From the NCBI GenBank assembly GCA_023389045.1, contig JAEWEZ010000014.1, forward strand, positions 7,772 to 71,771: 64,000 bases of DNA. Direction: 5' to 3'. Of this stretch, positions 49,271 through 59,456 are shown piece by piece. The first letter of the stretch is position 1, and each line of letters opens with the position of its first letter. The notes beneath the pieces are model-generated. The model was not told where the DNA came from. It was given only the letters and a program-made list of their open reading frames with translations, and did no database searches. The position numbers and the translations under genes were made by a program. This DNA is from Actinomycetes bacterium. Lineage in GTDB: Bacteria > Actinomycetota > Actinomycetes > Actinomycetales > Dermabacteraceae.

Positions 49271-49376
49271 CATGGTGCGACACGACCCGCAGGATGGAGG
49301 CCTGGTGCTTCTACCGTCCGGCGATGACGGACGCGGTAGAACCCACAGGGGGAAGACTGAGGAGTAAGGACGGTCT

Positions 49377-51845
49377 GTGAACACGAATCCGCACGACCAG
49401 CAGCTGCATGAGCGGTGGCGCCTTGAAGGGCGCATTCCGCTAGCTCAGACAGCACCGGGCGCACAGTGGATCCGCGCGCATTCCCTCAGCACGGGGGAAC
49501 CCTGCGCGCTGTTCGTGGTGCACGGGGAGACCGCGCTCGAAACCGCTGATGCGGCCCGTCGGGCTTTCCTGGTCGAAGACCCGCACCTTATGCCGATCGT
49601 TGACGTGGTGGTTCTGGATGACCCTCGGGAAAAGGGGCAGGGGGCCGACGGTGCATCGTCGGTGGTTCCGTCTACTCCCGGTGTGACGTCTGCGCCTGAG
49701 CAGGGTTCCTCGCCCCAGGATTCTTCCGGGGACTCTGCGCCCGCACCGACGACCGTTGTGGTGTACCCGATGCCGACGGTGCCGCCGCTGGCGGCCTTAC
49801 TCAGCAAAGGACCCCTGCGCCCGGAGACTGCCCGTTCCGTGATCGGCGAGGCGGCGATGGGGTTGGAGGCGGCCCGCCGACGCGGGGTCCGGCACCAGTT
49901 CCTGGACTCCAACCGTGTCTTTGTGGATCTGGAAGCCGGCACCGTGCAGGTGCTGGGCGTTGGGGTCGAGGCGGCGTCGCATCCCGGGCTGGATCGCTCG
50001 GGAGCTGTGGCGTCCTTCCATGACACCTCGGCACTGGTCGCTCTCCTGTACCGCGCACTGACCGGTCGCGCCCCGCGTCAGAGCGAAGATGGAGAGGTTC
50101 CACGCGCTTCGACTATTGCTCCGCGTTCGGTTCCGCAGGACCTTGATGTGCTGTGCGATGCGGTGCTCAATGAGCGCGAGACGATGCCGGAAACGGCTCG
50201 CGAACTGGTGGCAGAACTGGAGCCGTGGCAGTCGATCCCGGTGACCCTGGAGGCCTATGACCCTCAGGATCAGACGAAAAACCAGCGGCCCACCGTCTCG
50301 CCCGACACGAACACGACGCACAGCTCGCGTACTGCCCGTTCTGTGACGACTTCTGCTGCAGTGGCAGCCGGAAGCGTGGGAGTCGCGGGCGTTGCGGGGG
50401 TCACGGGGGCTGCGGGAGTCGCGCCGGCGAACACCACGGCGGAAGCTGCGGTTCTTCCGTCCGGGGCAGATGACACGGTTCCCACCGCAACACAGCACCA
50501 GACTGATGAGACATCCCCGGCGCAGGCAGAGGGAGATATCAGCCCGGAAGCTCATGAGCGCAATGCCGCCCAGGCCCGTGAGCTGGTGGAAGATCTGCAT
50601 CTGGATCAGAAGCGTGAAACCAGTTCCTTCCCCACTTCCCTCGATATGACCCTGCCCCGGCAGGCTGCACCCACATCGTCTGCTGCGTCGGAACCGTCAG
50701 AGCCCTCTGCGGTGGAGGAAGCGTCCGCCCCCTTGGCACCGGCCGTACCGGCTGCGCCCGCCGCGCCTACCGCGTCTGAGGCGCCCGCTGAGGCCCCGGC
50801 TTCCTCGGCCAGTGCCCCGTCGGCCCCGGCAGTCCAGCAGGAACCCACCCCACCCGCTGCACCCCGCGCTACCTCGCGGACACGCTCGGCCACGGGACCG
50901 GTTCCGGTTCTCGTTCCCGGCCGCGCCGAACCGGTCTCTATAAGCGGCCCTGTGCAGGTCGGCGCGACCCCCGTCAGCCCGTCCGATGCAGCCGACAGCC
51001 CCGCTGCCAGCAGCGGTCCGATCGTGGTCCAGGGGCGTTCGCGCTCCTCCCTCGATACCGACGCACCCGAGACCAGCGCGTCGAACGGCTCCTGGTCCCG
51101 CGGATCCCTTCTGCGCGATGTTGTCAGTGTCGCCACCGACTCCGACACCACCGGCGGCACCTTCGCCATGGGGCCGCAGGAACCCGAAGCACGCAGCCGC
51201 CAGTCGCAGTGGATTCTGATCGGTGCCGCGCTCGTCGTCATCGCCGCCCTTATTTTCGCTGTCACCTCGATTACCTCCGGGCTCCGAGACCGCGTGGAAA
51301 ACCCGCTAGCAACCACCAAAGCAACCCCGGCGCCAAGTGATTCACCCGTGCCGGAGGAAGCCAATACTTCCCAACCGCCGCAAACCTCGAAGCCAGCTCT
51401 TCCCGCCCCGAAGGTGGCAAGCATCGAAGGTTTCGAGCTCAACGCCCCAGACCCGGTGGATAACGCTGACCAAATTCCTCGGATAACCGACGGTGACCCC
51501 GGCACCTTCTGGTCCACTAAGCACTACAGCCGCTCCACCTTTGGTGGGTTGAAGGAAGCTGTGGGCCTGCGCATCAAGTTCGCCGAAAAGTCCATGCTGA
51601 CCACCCTGGTCGTGACCACCGCCCGGAACACCGGCGGAACCATGGATCTGCACACGATCAACGCCGATGGAACCCCCGGCGAAATCATCGCCACCGGCTC
51701 TTTCGCCGGTGACGGCGAAGTGCGCCTGAAGCCGGATAAACCCGTGGAAACTGTCGGCGTGATCCTGATGATCAAAGATCTTCCGCCGGACTCCAAAGAA
51801 AACGGTCGTTTCCGCGCGCGCATCGCCGAAATCCGTGCCGAATGA
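49377..51845 (+). CDS. Pseudokinase-domain membrane protein (stand-alone equivalent of the MviN C-terminal region)
   Basis: Degenerate kinase fold (ARRRGVRHQFL, LLYRALTG), Pro/Ala linker, TM, DGDPGTFWST..FGGLK extracellular domain. Confidence 0.8.
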   Translation: MNTNPHDQQLHERWRLEGRIPLAQTAPGAQWIRAHSLSTGEPCALFVVHGETALETADAARRAFLVEDPHLMPIVDVVVLDDPREKGQGADGASSVVPSTPGVTSAPEQGSSPQDSSGDSAPAPTTVVVYPMPTVPPLAALLSKGPLRPETARSVIGEAAMGLEAARRRGVRHQFLDSNRVFVDLEAGTVQVLGVGVEAASHPGLDRSGAVASFHDTSALVALLYRALTGRAPRQSEDGEVPRASTIAPRSVPQDLDVLCDAVLNERETMPETARELVAELEPWQSIPVTLEAYDPQDQTKNQRPTVSPDTNTTHSSRTARSVTTSAAVAAGSVGVAGVAGVTGAAGVAPANTTAEAAVLPSGADDTVPTATQHQTDETSPAQAEGDISPEAHERNAAQARELVEDLHLDQKRETSSFPTSLDMTLPRQAAPTSSAASEPSEPSAVEEASAPLAPAVPAAPAAPTASEAPAEAPASSASAPSAPAVQQEPTPPAAPRATSRTRSATGPVPVLVPGRAEPVSISGPVQVGATPVSPSDAADSPAASSGPIVVQGRSRSSLDTDAPETSASNGSWSRGSLLRDVVSVATDSDTTGGTFAMGPQEPEARSRQSQWILIGAALVVIAALIFAVTSITSGLRDRVENPLATTKATPAPSDSPVPEEANTSQPPQTSKPALPAPKVASIEGFELNAPDPVDNADQIPRITDGDPGTFWSTKHYSRSTFGGLKEAVGLRIKFAEKSMLTTLVVTTARNTGGTMDLHTINADGTPGEIIATGSFAGDGEVRLKPDKPVETVGVILMIKDLPPDSKENGRFRARIAEIRAE

Positions 51846-51852
51846 GCAGGCC

Positions 51853-52401
51853 ATGAGCAAGAATCGTGCCTCCTTTGACAGCGGTCGCCGCGGCCTGCGG
51901 ATGCCAACGATCATCGGTATCCCGCTCCATATGATCATCGCCGCTGTCGCGATCGCGATTCTTCTGGGCACGCTTCTCTCCTACGCGCTGAATGCAGCCA
52001 CCACCATGCACTCAGACCTCACCGGAACAACGATCGGCGACGGTGCCCCCGGCAAAAACGCCTCGGGGCTCACGGTGATTACTGAAGCGACGCTGGGCCC
52101 CGAGGTGCAGCGTCTGATCGAAGACGGAACCACCGCACCGCTTGCACCCTTTGATGCAGCCCGCTGCCTCCAGCAGCAAGGGATCACCGATCCCGTGCTC
52201 ATCATGGAAGAAGTGGCCTGGGGAGGGAACGAAACTCCCGGCTGGCTGCTCGTGCACGGGCCGGTTGACCGTGACACGATCCGCGCGGCTGGCGGGATCG
52301 TCTCCGCCACGGTCGTGACAGCAACCTGCGGCGCGGAAAGCAACACCACGCCAGCCTCCGCGCGGCTGTGGTCTGGCTCCGTCATGATCGGAGGAATCTA
52401 A
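51853..52401 (+). CDS. Membrane protein resembling the TM and extracytoplasmic part of anti-sigma-M (RsmA)
   Basis: Single TM then RCL..QG...WGG..PGWLLV...ATVV...CG two-Cys pattern; occupies the syntenic position before trxB. Confidence 0.5.
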   Translation: MSKNRASFDSGRRGLRMPTIIGIPLHMIIAAVAIAILLGTLLSYALNAATTMHSDLTGTTIGDGAPGKNASGLTVITEATLGPEVQRLIEDGTTAPLAPFDAARCLQQQGITDPVLIMEEVAWGGNETPGWLLVHGPVDRDTIRAAGGIVSATVVTATCGAESNTTPASARLWSGSVMIGGI

Positions 52402-52567
52402 GGGTCAATGGCCCGCACGTGAACAGCCCGAATGTGCACAACACGCACCAGCGATCCTTACCCTCGACGACACACCACCCTCGACCTGACTCTTACCAGA
52501 CTGTGAACCATTGCCGCACCGCTGCGGCGCCCCCTGTGGCATGACCCAACGGAAGGACCCCCAGACG

Positions 52568-53656
52568 ATGTCCGATCAGCCCATCCAGGCCCTCAATATC
52601 CTTGGCGGCAGCTTCGGCGCCGACAGCAGCGAGACCACTCCCGCCACCGCCCCCGCGGCGGCCCCGGAGGCTGCGGAAGAGGAAACCGTGCACGAGGTCG
52701 TGATTATCGGCTCGGGCCCGGCCGGCTACACCGCCGCGATCTACGCGGCACGCGCCGAAATGAAGCCCGTCGTCATCGCCGGCGCGCTCGACGCCGGTGG
52801 CGCACTGATGACCACCACCGAGGTGGAGAACTTCCCCGGATTCGCCGAGGGTATCCAGGGGCCGGAACTGATGGGCACGATGCAGGAGCAAGCCGAGCGC
52901 TTCGGCACCGAGATTGTGTTCGACGATGCCGCCTCCGTGGAGCTCGCCGGGGACGTGAAGACCGTGACCCTCACCGACGGGACCGTGTACCGCGCCAAGG
53001 CCGTGATCATCGCGACCGGTTCGGCCTACCGCAAGCTCGGCGCTGAGGGTGAGGAGCGTCTGAGCGGCAAGGGCGTGTCCTGGTGCGCCACCTGTGACGG
53101 GTTCTTCTTCAAGGACCAGCCAATCGTGGTTGTGGGTGGCGGTGACTCCGCCGTGGAGGAGGCCACCTTCCTCACCCGTTACGCCACTCAGGTCACCCTC
53201 GTGCACCGCCGCGATGAACTGCGCGCCTCCAAGATCATGGCGCGTCGCGCGCAGGCCGATCCGAAGCTCGACTTTGCGTGGAACAGCGAAATCGCCTCGA
53301 TCAACGGGGATGAGAAGGTCGAATCGGTGACCCTGCGCGACACGGTGACCGGGGAAGAGCGCACTCTGGCCACCTCGGCTGTTTTTGAGGCTATCGGTCA
53401 CGTTCCGCGCTCGGATCTCTTCCGTGACCAGGTGGAGCTCGACGAGCAGGGGTATGTGGTGGTGAAGGGCCGCTCGACCTACACCTCGGTGCCGGGTGTG
53501 TTCGCAGCGGGCGACGTGGTGGACCACACCTACCGTCAGGCGATTACTGCGGCCGGGTCCGGCTGCCAGGCGGCACTGGATGCGGAGCGCTGGCTCGCCG
53601 ACCAGGCTGCTGGGATCCCGACGGGGGCGTCTGAGGAGGATGCCGCCGAGCAGTGA
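52568..53656 (+). CDS. trxB: Thioredoxin-disulfide reductase
   Basis: [49 protein letters not shown]. Confidence 0.98.
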   Translation: MSDQPIQALNILGGSFGADSSETTPATAPAAAPEAAEEETVHEVVIIGSGPAGYTAAIYAARAEMKPVVIAGALDAGGALMTTTEVENFPGFAEGIQGPELMGTMQEQAERFGTEIVFDDAASVELAGDVKTVTLTDGTVYRAKAVIIATGSAYRKLGAEGEERLSGKGVSWCATCDGFFFKDQPIVVVGGGDSAVEEATFLTRYATQVTLVHRRDELRASKIMARRAQADPKLDFAWNSEIASINGDEKVESVTLRDTVTGEERTLATSAVFEAIGHVPRSDLFRDQVELDEQGYVVVKGRSTYTSVPGVFAAGDVVDHTYRQAITAAGSGCQAALDAERWLADQAAGIPTGASEEDAAEQ

Positions 53657-53666
53657 GCTCGCAGTC

Positions 53667-54113
53667 GTGAACACGATGCAGGAGTTCCCCGACGGATGGG
53701 CGACGGGCCGTACGGGCCTTGACCGCAGCTCGCCTACCCTCTCCTGCCTGCTCGGTTTATGGGCACCGTGGTGCGCTCCTTCGCGGCCTCTGCCCACCCT
53801 TTTGGCAGAGCTCTCTCGACGCTGGGGCGGCGCCCGTCGCGTCTGTGCCGTGGAATCACCGGATGTGGGACTGTTAGACGCTCTCGGTATCGACAGTTTG
53901 CCCGCCTGGGTGCTCCTAGAAGCGCGGGCTCAGGGCGAGTCCACCGTTGTTGGGGAGAGGGATGCTCCGCTTCCCGACGGAGGTGGCTCGCTGTCTCAAG
54001 TCGCATCTCTTCCGCATGTGCCGCCGGGGTGGGAGTGGTCGGTGGCCCGCTTGGTGACGGGTGCGCGGCCGAAGCATGAGATCGACGCTTTATTTGGACC
54101 TGGGGCGCTCTGA
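53667..54113 (+). CDS. Degenerate thioredoxin-like protein (WCAPS, CxxS)
   Basis: WAPWCAPS, LGIDSLPAWVL (cis-Pro region), VTGARPK; immediately after trxB; start uncertain. Confidence 0.6.
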   Translation: MNTMQEFPDGWATGRTGLDRSSPTLSCLLGLWAPWCAPSRPLPTLLAELSRRWGGARRVCAVESPDVGLLDALGIDSLPAWVLLEARAQGESTVVGERDAPLPDGGGSLSQVASLPHVPPGWEWSVARLVTGARPKHEIDALFGPGAL

Positions 54114-54221
54114 GCCGCCTGTGTTCGCGGGTGTGGAGGCCGACGGGGGCGGTCGAGAGTGCGCTTGAAGGTCTTCCGTCAAGTGAGCGCGTACAAAGCC
54201 GGGCAACGTGCACGAACAGCC

Positions 54222-54474
54222 TTCTCCACATCTGTATCCACAAGGTTCTCCACCGTCTGTGGCGCGTTATTCACAGGCTTATCCACAATCGATTGTGAAT
54301 GCCTCTGGGTGAGATGTTGTGCATTTCGCGCCTGTGGCGCGGCGGTGGCCTGGCCTTATAGGCACCTGTATGGTTTCTGTTGCGGTAGCAAATACCTGTA
54401 GGTAAGGCAAGCCCTATCTACTCGTTGTGGCTTCTAGCGCATCATGTCCACAAACTTACGCACACTGTGCATAA
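54222..54474. promoter_or_regulatory. DnaA-box cluster
   Basis: Perfect TTATCCACA at 54279; variants TTCTCCACA 54222, GTATCCACA 54234, TTATTCACA 54267, ATGTCCACA 54444, TTACGCACA 54456 and TGTGCATAA 54466. Confidence 0.85.
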
Positions 54475-55000
54475 GCGCTCTGATGCTCCACATGAAACAA
54501 GCACTTTCCTTCCCTGGCGGTCCACGAGGTCTCACCACAGACACACCTCTCTCGCTATTCCGGACGCCATGGATGCGCTTCGATGAGTGACAGATCCCTC
54601 CACGACGAAAAGTGAAGTCATCACCACCCGGCTCCGCGTGATCTAGGAGGGGGAACCTGGGTTGGCCGGCATAGATCTGCGATAAGCCCTGTGCATCTCT
54701 GCCTTGGAGGGGACGGAGGCTCACGAGCTCGCACACGGACTTGGCGACGTACGCCTCGACCCGAGCATGCGTGAGTCGGCACGCGCGATGCGGTGCATAG
54801 TCAACCGATAGACGCCATGCGGTGTCATGTAACTACGGCAGCAATCTGTTGCAAGCTCAGAGCCTCCATCCCACTGCCCAGCACGGGAATAACAACGGAC
54901 AGTTGTGAGTAGGCAAGACCCCGGTCACCTGCTGTTTACCCATCGGCGGGCATGGGGAGGGGTTGGTGGATGAAAGATGATGGGGTGTCCGGTGCGCATC

Positions 55001-57277
55001 GTTTCACGCGAAACACGACCTTTTCGCCGCTGACCCTCGTGACGCTTCCACTCTCGGCGCGGCGATCCCATCAGGGTTTCCGCGCGCCGCCTCTCGGGGA
55101 GTCACCGCGTAGTTTTCACGATGAGCTCGCGTGATGTGCTCATATGCCGCGTTGGTTCGATAGGAAGGTTTCACGAGGAACCTCTGACGAGAGGAGTCGC
55201 TGTACAGCTCGCCGCGGGATGAGTGTAGTAGTTGCAAGCGGCCATATCGCAACCACCCGAAACCCTTGATGACTAGTGCTTTTACTCCGCACTCCCAGTG
55301 CCAGAGCCGTGGTGTTTCACATGAAACAGTTAGCAGATGCGCTGCCATGGCGCGCCAATACATCAAGGGCAAATAGCTGCTCGACAGCGCGCCGCATCTC
55401 CGTTCGGCACCTGACAGGCGAACCCGTTTCACGTGGAACACGCACGCCATGTGGCGCACATGGCCATGGCTTATGCCAGCATCAGTCCACTTCAGACTCA
55501 GTCCCACATCGGCACGTTTCACATGAAACTGACAGCACTGTTGCTTTTGGGTAGAGCACATCGCAACCGCCTGCCGCGGCTGGAACACCTCCATTGGCAT
55601 TGAGGGCAATAACGCCACTACACACCGCAACTACCGGTATCGACCTATGGAGCCCGCGTATCTCATGTGTTTCACATGAAACGCGAATCGTAGGCGCCTC
55701 AAGAGGAGAGGTGTATCAGCCGATACGGGGCAGACCCGAGTAAGCAGCGATTGGCCGTCTCTCGGAGCACTGCGATCTGCAGCAATTTAGAAGACCGTTG
55801 TCAGCACGGATTACTTTTGACCGACGCTGTTGTAGCATCGACGTCGCTGGATCCCTCCTCCGGAGCATAACGTAGGTTGCCGAGTTCGCAGTCTCTAGCC
55901 GCAATGCACTCTGGCTCAAAACCGTTCGGCCCCACCACATTCGAGAGCTTGACGACTGCACATACTCCCCTTGGAGCCAGCTACCTCAGGGGAGGAGCAC
56001 GGGGCGCGAAGAGACGGGGTCAAAAAGCTTGCGACGCCCAGAAGTCCCTCATTCGCACACGCTGAACCACCTGTCTTCAGATGGCGCGCTGCCAGCGCCT
56101 TTCAGGTGGGCTCACCGCAGCTATCGGCTTTGGTGATCGCACGCGGTACCGTCCTCCATTGCTGCAGGTGAGCCGCACCCTGCAATAACTTTGCTTGCAA
56201 CAACCACGGTGGCCCCTATCGCCACTGTTTCCCGTGAAACATATGTGGATCCACAGGGTCGTCTGCGCACTTCTGCTGGAAAGCTCTCATAGCTAGCTGC
56301 GTGGGGCAGAAGCACAGTAATCAGCTGGACCCAGTTGCAGTGATTCGCCGTACCAAGTTTCCGAGACGCTCAAGACACTATGCGGAGACAAAGGCGGATC
56401 ACGACACGATAGGGATGGCGTGAGCACCATTCCGGCCCGGCCCCATGATGAGGCGAGCAAGTTCTTGAGGGAGGGGCTCCCTCTTAGCCTGAGGGCGCCG
56501 GGATATGTCTAAGGAATGCATAGCTGCGCAACCTTGAAATGATCGTCAGCGCCATAGCTTCGGATATTGCCTATCAACCCGCGCCTGTGCATCTTCCAAG
56601 GCTTTCACGGCTTATCGATACAACCACCGTTTCACGTGCAACACAGTGGTATCGCCCAGGGCAGGGTGGCGCCACCCGTCGGGGTGACGGACGGTTTGTG
56701 GCCGTCGAAATGTGGATGCCAGCACAGCGGTGAATCAATCCCTCAGGGCAACTACAGAGATAGCCATACCTTAAGGAAGACCGCCTAGCCTTCTCTCCGG
56801 GAGAGGGGCGAGACTGGGGCGGGATGGCTTCACTCGTCGAAGGGGTGTTTCGCGTGTAACGCGAACGAACGGCGTCTACCCCTCCTGGCCACTTTTTTCT
56901 CGGCTTGTTCATTCATATAGGTGCGACCAGCACCGGTGGAACATCCCATCAAAGGTTGCCAGTTTTCTACGTACGCCACATCCCGCATCGTGGTTTCACG
57001 TGCAACGTTCATCCACCGCCCAACAATGACGATGGCGAACAAGCGGGACTAGCGACTCCAGAGCAACGTATCAGTGACGTTTCCCGTGAAACATAGCCAG
57101 ATAGGGACAGGGCATTGGCTTTGCAGCGATCGTCACAGCAGCATGTTGGGGCACGCCACATGAGAAGCCTCAACACCGCGACCATACGTTTCCCGTGAAA
57201 CCTGCGTCGAGCACAGCGAAGGCCCGCGGACTCGACGGTCGCTCCACCAACTCAGCTTGCGCCGTTTCCCGTGAAAC
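55001..57277. repeat. Array of 13 parS-like sites
   Basis: GTTTCACGTGAAAC variants with 1-2 mismatches at 55001, 55168, 55314, 55426, 55516, 55669, 56227, 56629, 56847, 56993, 57079, 57188 and 57264. Confidence 0.93.
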
Positions 57278-57756
57278 CACGTGAAGATGCCCGATCTGAA
57301 CTGTGCACCCAACCCGGGGAAGGACCCTAAACCGCCCTCTCCTCGTCGATGGTGCACGCAAACCACGCAGTGGCCAATAGCCCAGCAGAATCCACCGGCA
57401 TAAAAAACCGGATGCCGTCATGGGAAGCAAGGGCCTCGAGCTTGCCACTGCAAGATATAAACATGCAGGTCAGAGCGTGAAACCTATGGCCGGCGGGACA
57501 TCTTTATGACACTGTGTCAGATACTGTCTCTTGTCCGGCTTCCCTCATCTTCCGCACACATGGCCCGAGGAACTCGGGTTCCCCCTGCTGAGAGCGCCGC
57601 GGAGGGGTGCGCTCAGAGCAACCCCCTCAGCCTACCCACTTCAGCGTGGGCTGCCTAGATCTCCACGGGGGAAACAGCAACGTCAAGAGCCAGACCGGCC
57701 TGACATAGCGACACTAGACCTCGCCAGGAGGGGCAGCATCCCTCCCGCCTGTTCGG

Positions 57757-59343
57757 TCAGGAGGCGTGATCCTCCGATGAGTCCTCATGCAGGGTGGCCA
57801 TGAAAGCGTCGAGACGGGACACAAGGCGTTCGAGCTGCTCCACATCGGTGAACTCGAGGGTGACCTTGCTCTTGCGCTTACCCACATCCACGCGCACGGG
57901 AACTTCCAGTCCCTTGGAGAGCTTGCTCGTCAGGTCCACGACGTAGGGGTCGTAGCTGCTGCGGCGCACGGGACGGCGCTCCGTCGGCTGCACACCGCGG
58001 GCAACCAGGCGCTCCACCGCACGCACAGAGAGTCCCTCCGCCACGATCCGTGCGGCGAGTTCTTCCATCAGCGCGGGATCCTCGAGCGTGAGAAGCGCAC
58101 GAGCATGTCCCGCGCTCAGGGCGCCACTTGCCAGACGCTTCTGCACCAGAGCGGGCAGACGCATCAGACGCAGAGTGTTGGAGATCTGGGGACGCGAGCG
58201 ACCAATACGAGAGGCCAGCTCATCCTGCGTGCACTCGAAGTCTTCGAGAAGCTGCTGGTAGGCTGCGGCTTCTTCCAAGGGGTTGAGCTGCGACCTGTGG
58301 AGGTTCTCCAGGAGAGCGTCGCGGAGAAGATCATCGTCGGAGGTTTCTCGGATGATCGCCGGAATCGAGCGTAGACCCGCTCGCTGAGCAGCACGCCAGC
58401 GGCGCTCACCCATGACCAACTCGAAGGATTCGCCGTGGTCAGTAACGGAAATAGGCCGCACGACGACGGGCTGCAGTACGCCAACTTCGCGCAGCGAGAA
58501 GGCCAGCTCATCCAGTTCGTCATCGTCGAACATGGTTCGCGGGTTACGGGGGTTCTCTCGGATCTCCTGGATCGGGATCTCAGCGAACTCCGCCCCCGGA
58601 ACGGGAACGAGCTGCGTTTCGGTGCCACTCGAGTCGGCCTCGGCAGAGTCACTACCGCCTTCAGCTTCGGAGGCCGGCTCACTATCCCCGGCAGGCGCTG
58701 GATCACCCGGCGCAGCAGTCTTCTCGGCTACCGCGGCCTTAGCGCCCGATGCTTTGCGGGCGGGGGTGTACTGCACTTCTTCAACGTCAACGACGGGGCT
58801 GTCTTCCCGCTCCGTGCTGGCAGGAGCGGCCGCTGACTGAGCCTTGTCACTCTGGGCCTTGTCAGCCGGAGCCTTGCGCACCGTCGAACGTGCAGGAGTT
58901 TTCTTCGCCGTCGTCGCAGCGGTCTTCTTCGCAGGCGTCTGCTTCGAACCCTTCGCAGCCTTCGTGCCAGCGGCCGCCTTCTCAGTGTCTTTCTGGCTGG
59001 GCTCCTCCGCAGCGTTCTCGCCGGCCTTCTCCGCCGCCTTCTTGGCAGCAGCGCCAGTCTTCTTCGCTGCCGTGCTGCGGGCGCGACGCTCCTTGGCGGC
59101 GCGCGCCATATCCCCGCCGAGGTCACGGCTCAGACGTTCGCGCGGCGCAGCCTCCGCCCCGTCGGACTCCACCGGATCGCCGGAAAAGAACATATCCACG
59201 GGGCGTGCCCCCGCGGCCTTCTCCCCACCCTCGGGAGCGGTGCGCGGGGTTCGGGTGCGCAGTTCATCGTCACCGCGCGCGGTCGATCCGGCACCGCCAA
59301 TGAGCGCACCGAGCCCGCGGCCCATGCCTCGCTTCTGCGTCAT
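57757..59343 (-). CDS. parB: Chromosome partitioning protein ParB with a long low-complexity N-terminal insertion
   Basis: KRGMGRGLGALI ParA-contact peptide, NPRNPR, GVLQPVVV, GERRWRA, ENLHRSQLNPLEEA, HTH GRSRPQISN, GHARALL. Confidence 0.96.
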   Translation of the reverse strand: MTQKRGMGRGLGALIGGAGSTARGDDELRTRTPRTAPEGGEKAAGARPVDMFFSGDPVESDGAEAAPRERLSRDLGGDMARAAKERRARSTAAKKTGAAAKKAAEKAGENAAEEPSQKDTEKAAAGTKAAKGSKQTPAKKTAATTAKKTPARSTVRKAPADKAQSDKAQSAAAPASTEREDSPVVDVEEVQYTPARKASGAKAAVAEKTAAPGDPAPAGDSEPASEAEGGSDSAEADSSGTETQLVPVPGAEFAEIPIQEIRENPRNPRTMFDDDELDELAFSLREVGVLQPVVVRPISVTDHGESFELVMGERRWRAAQRAGLRSIPAIIRETSDDDLLRDALLENLHRSQLNPLEEAAAYQQLLEDFECTQDELASRIGRSRPQISNTLRLMRLPALVQKRLASGALSAGHARALLTLEDPALMEELAARIVAEGLSVRAVERLVARGVQPTERRPVRRSSYDPYVVDLTSKLSKGLEVPVRVDVGKRKSKVTLEFTDVEQLERLVSRLDAFMATLHEDSSEDHAS

Positions 59344-59456
59344 CTCCAGCATCCTCCCGAGAGAAGGGTCATTCCGCCCGTGGGCGGTGGCAATCGGTCC
59401 GCCCGGAGGCGGGAAGTTGTACGCGGGCAGCAATGCCTGCGGGGGTGCGGTGGCGG

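Noticed and set aside
55001..57277. CRISPR array interpretation of the repeated palindromes with unique spacers
   Set aside because: Repeats are only 14 bp, spacing is irregular (76-558 bp), they match parS, and there are no cas genes in the window.
54159..57803. Short ORFs in the block, many containing VSRET or FHVK peptides
   Set aside because: Those peptides are translations of parS; there are no recognisable domains and the codon usage does not look like that of the flanking genes.
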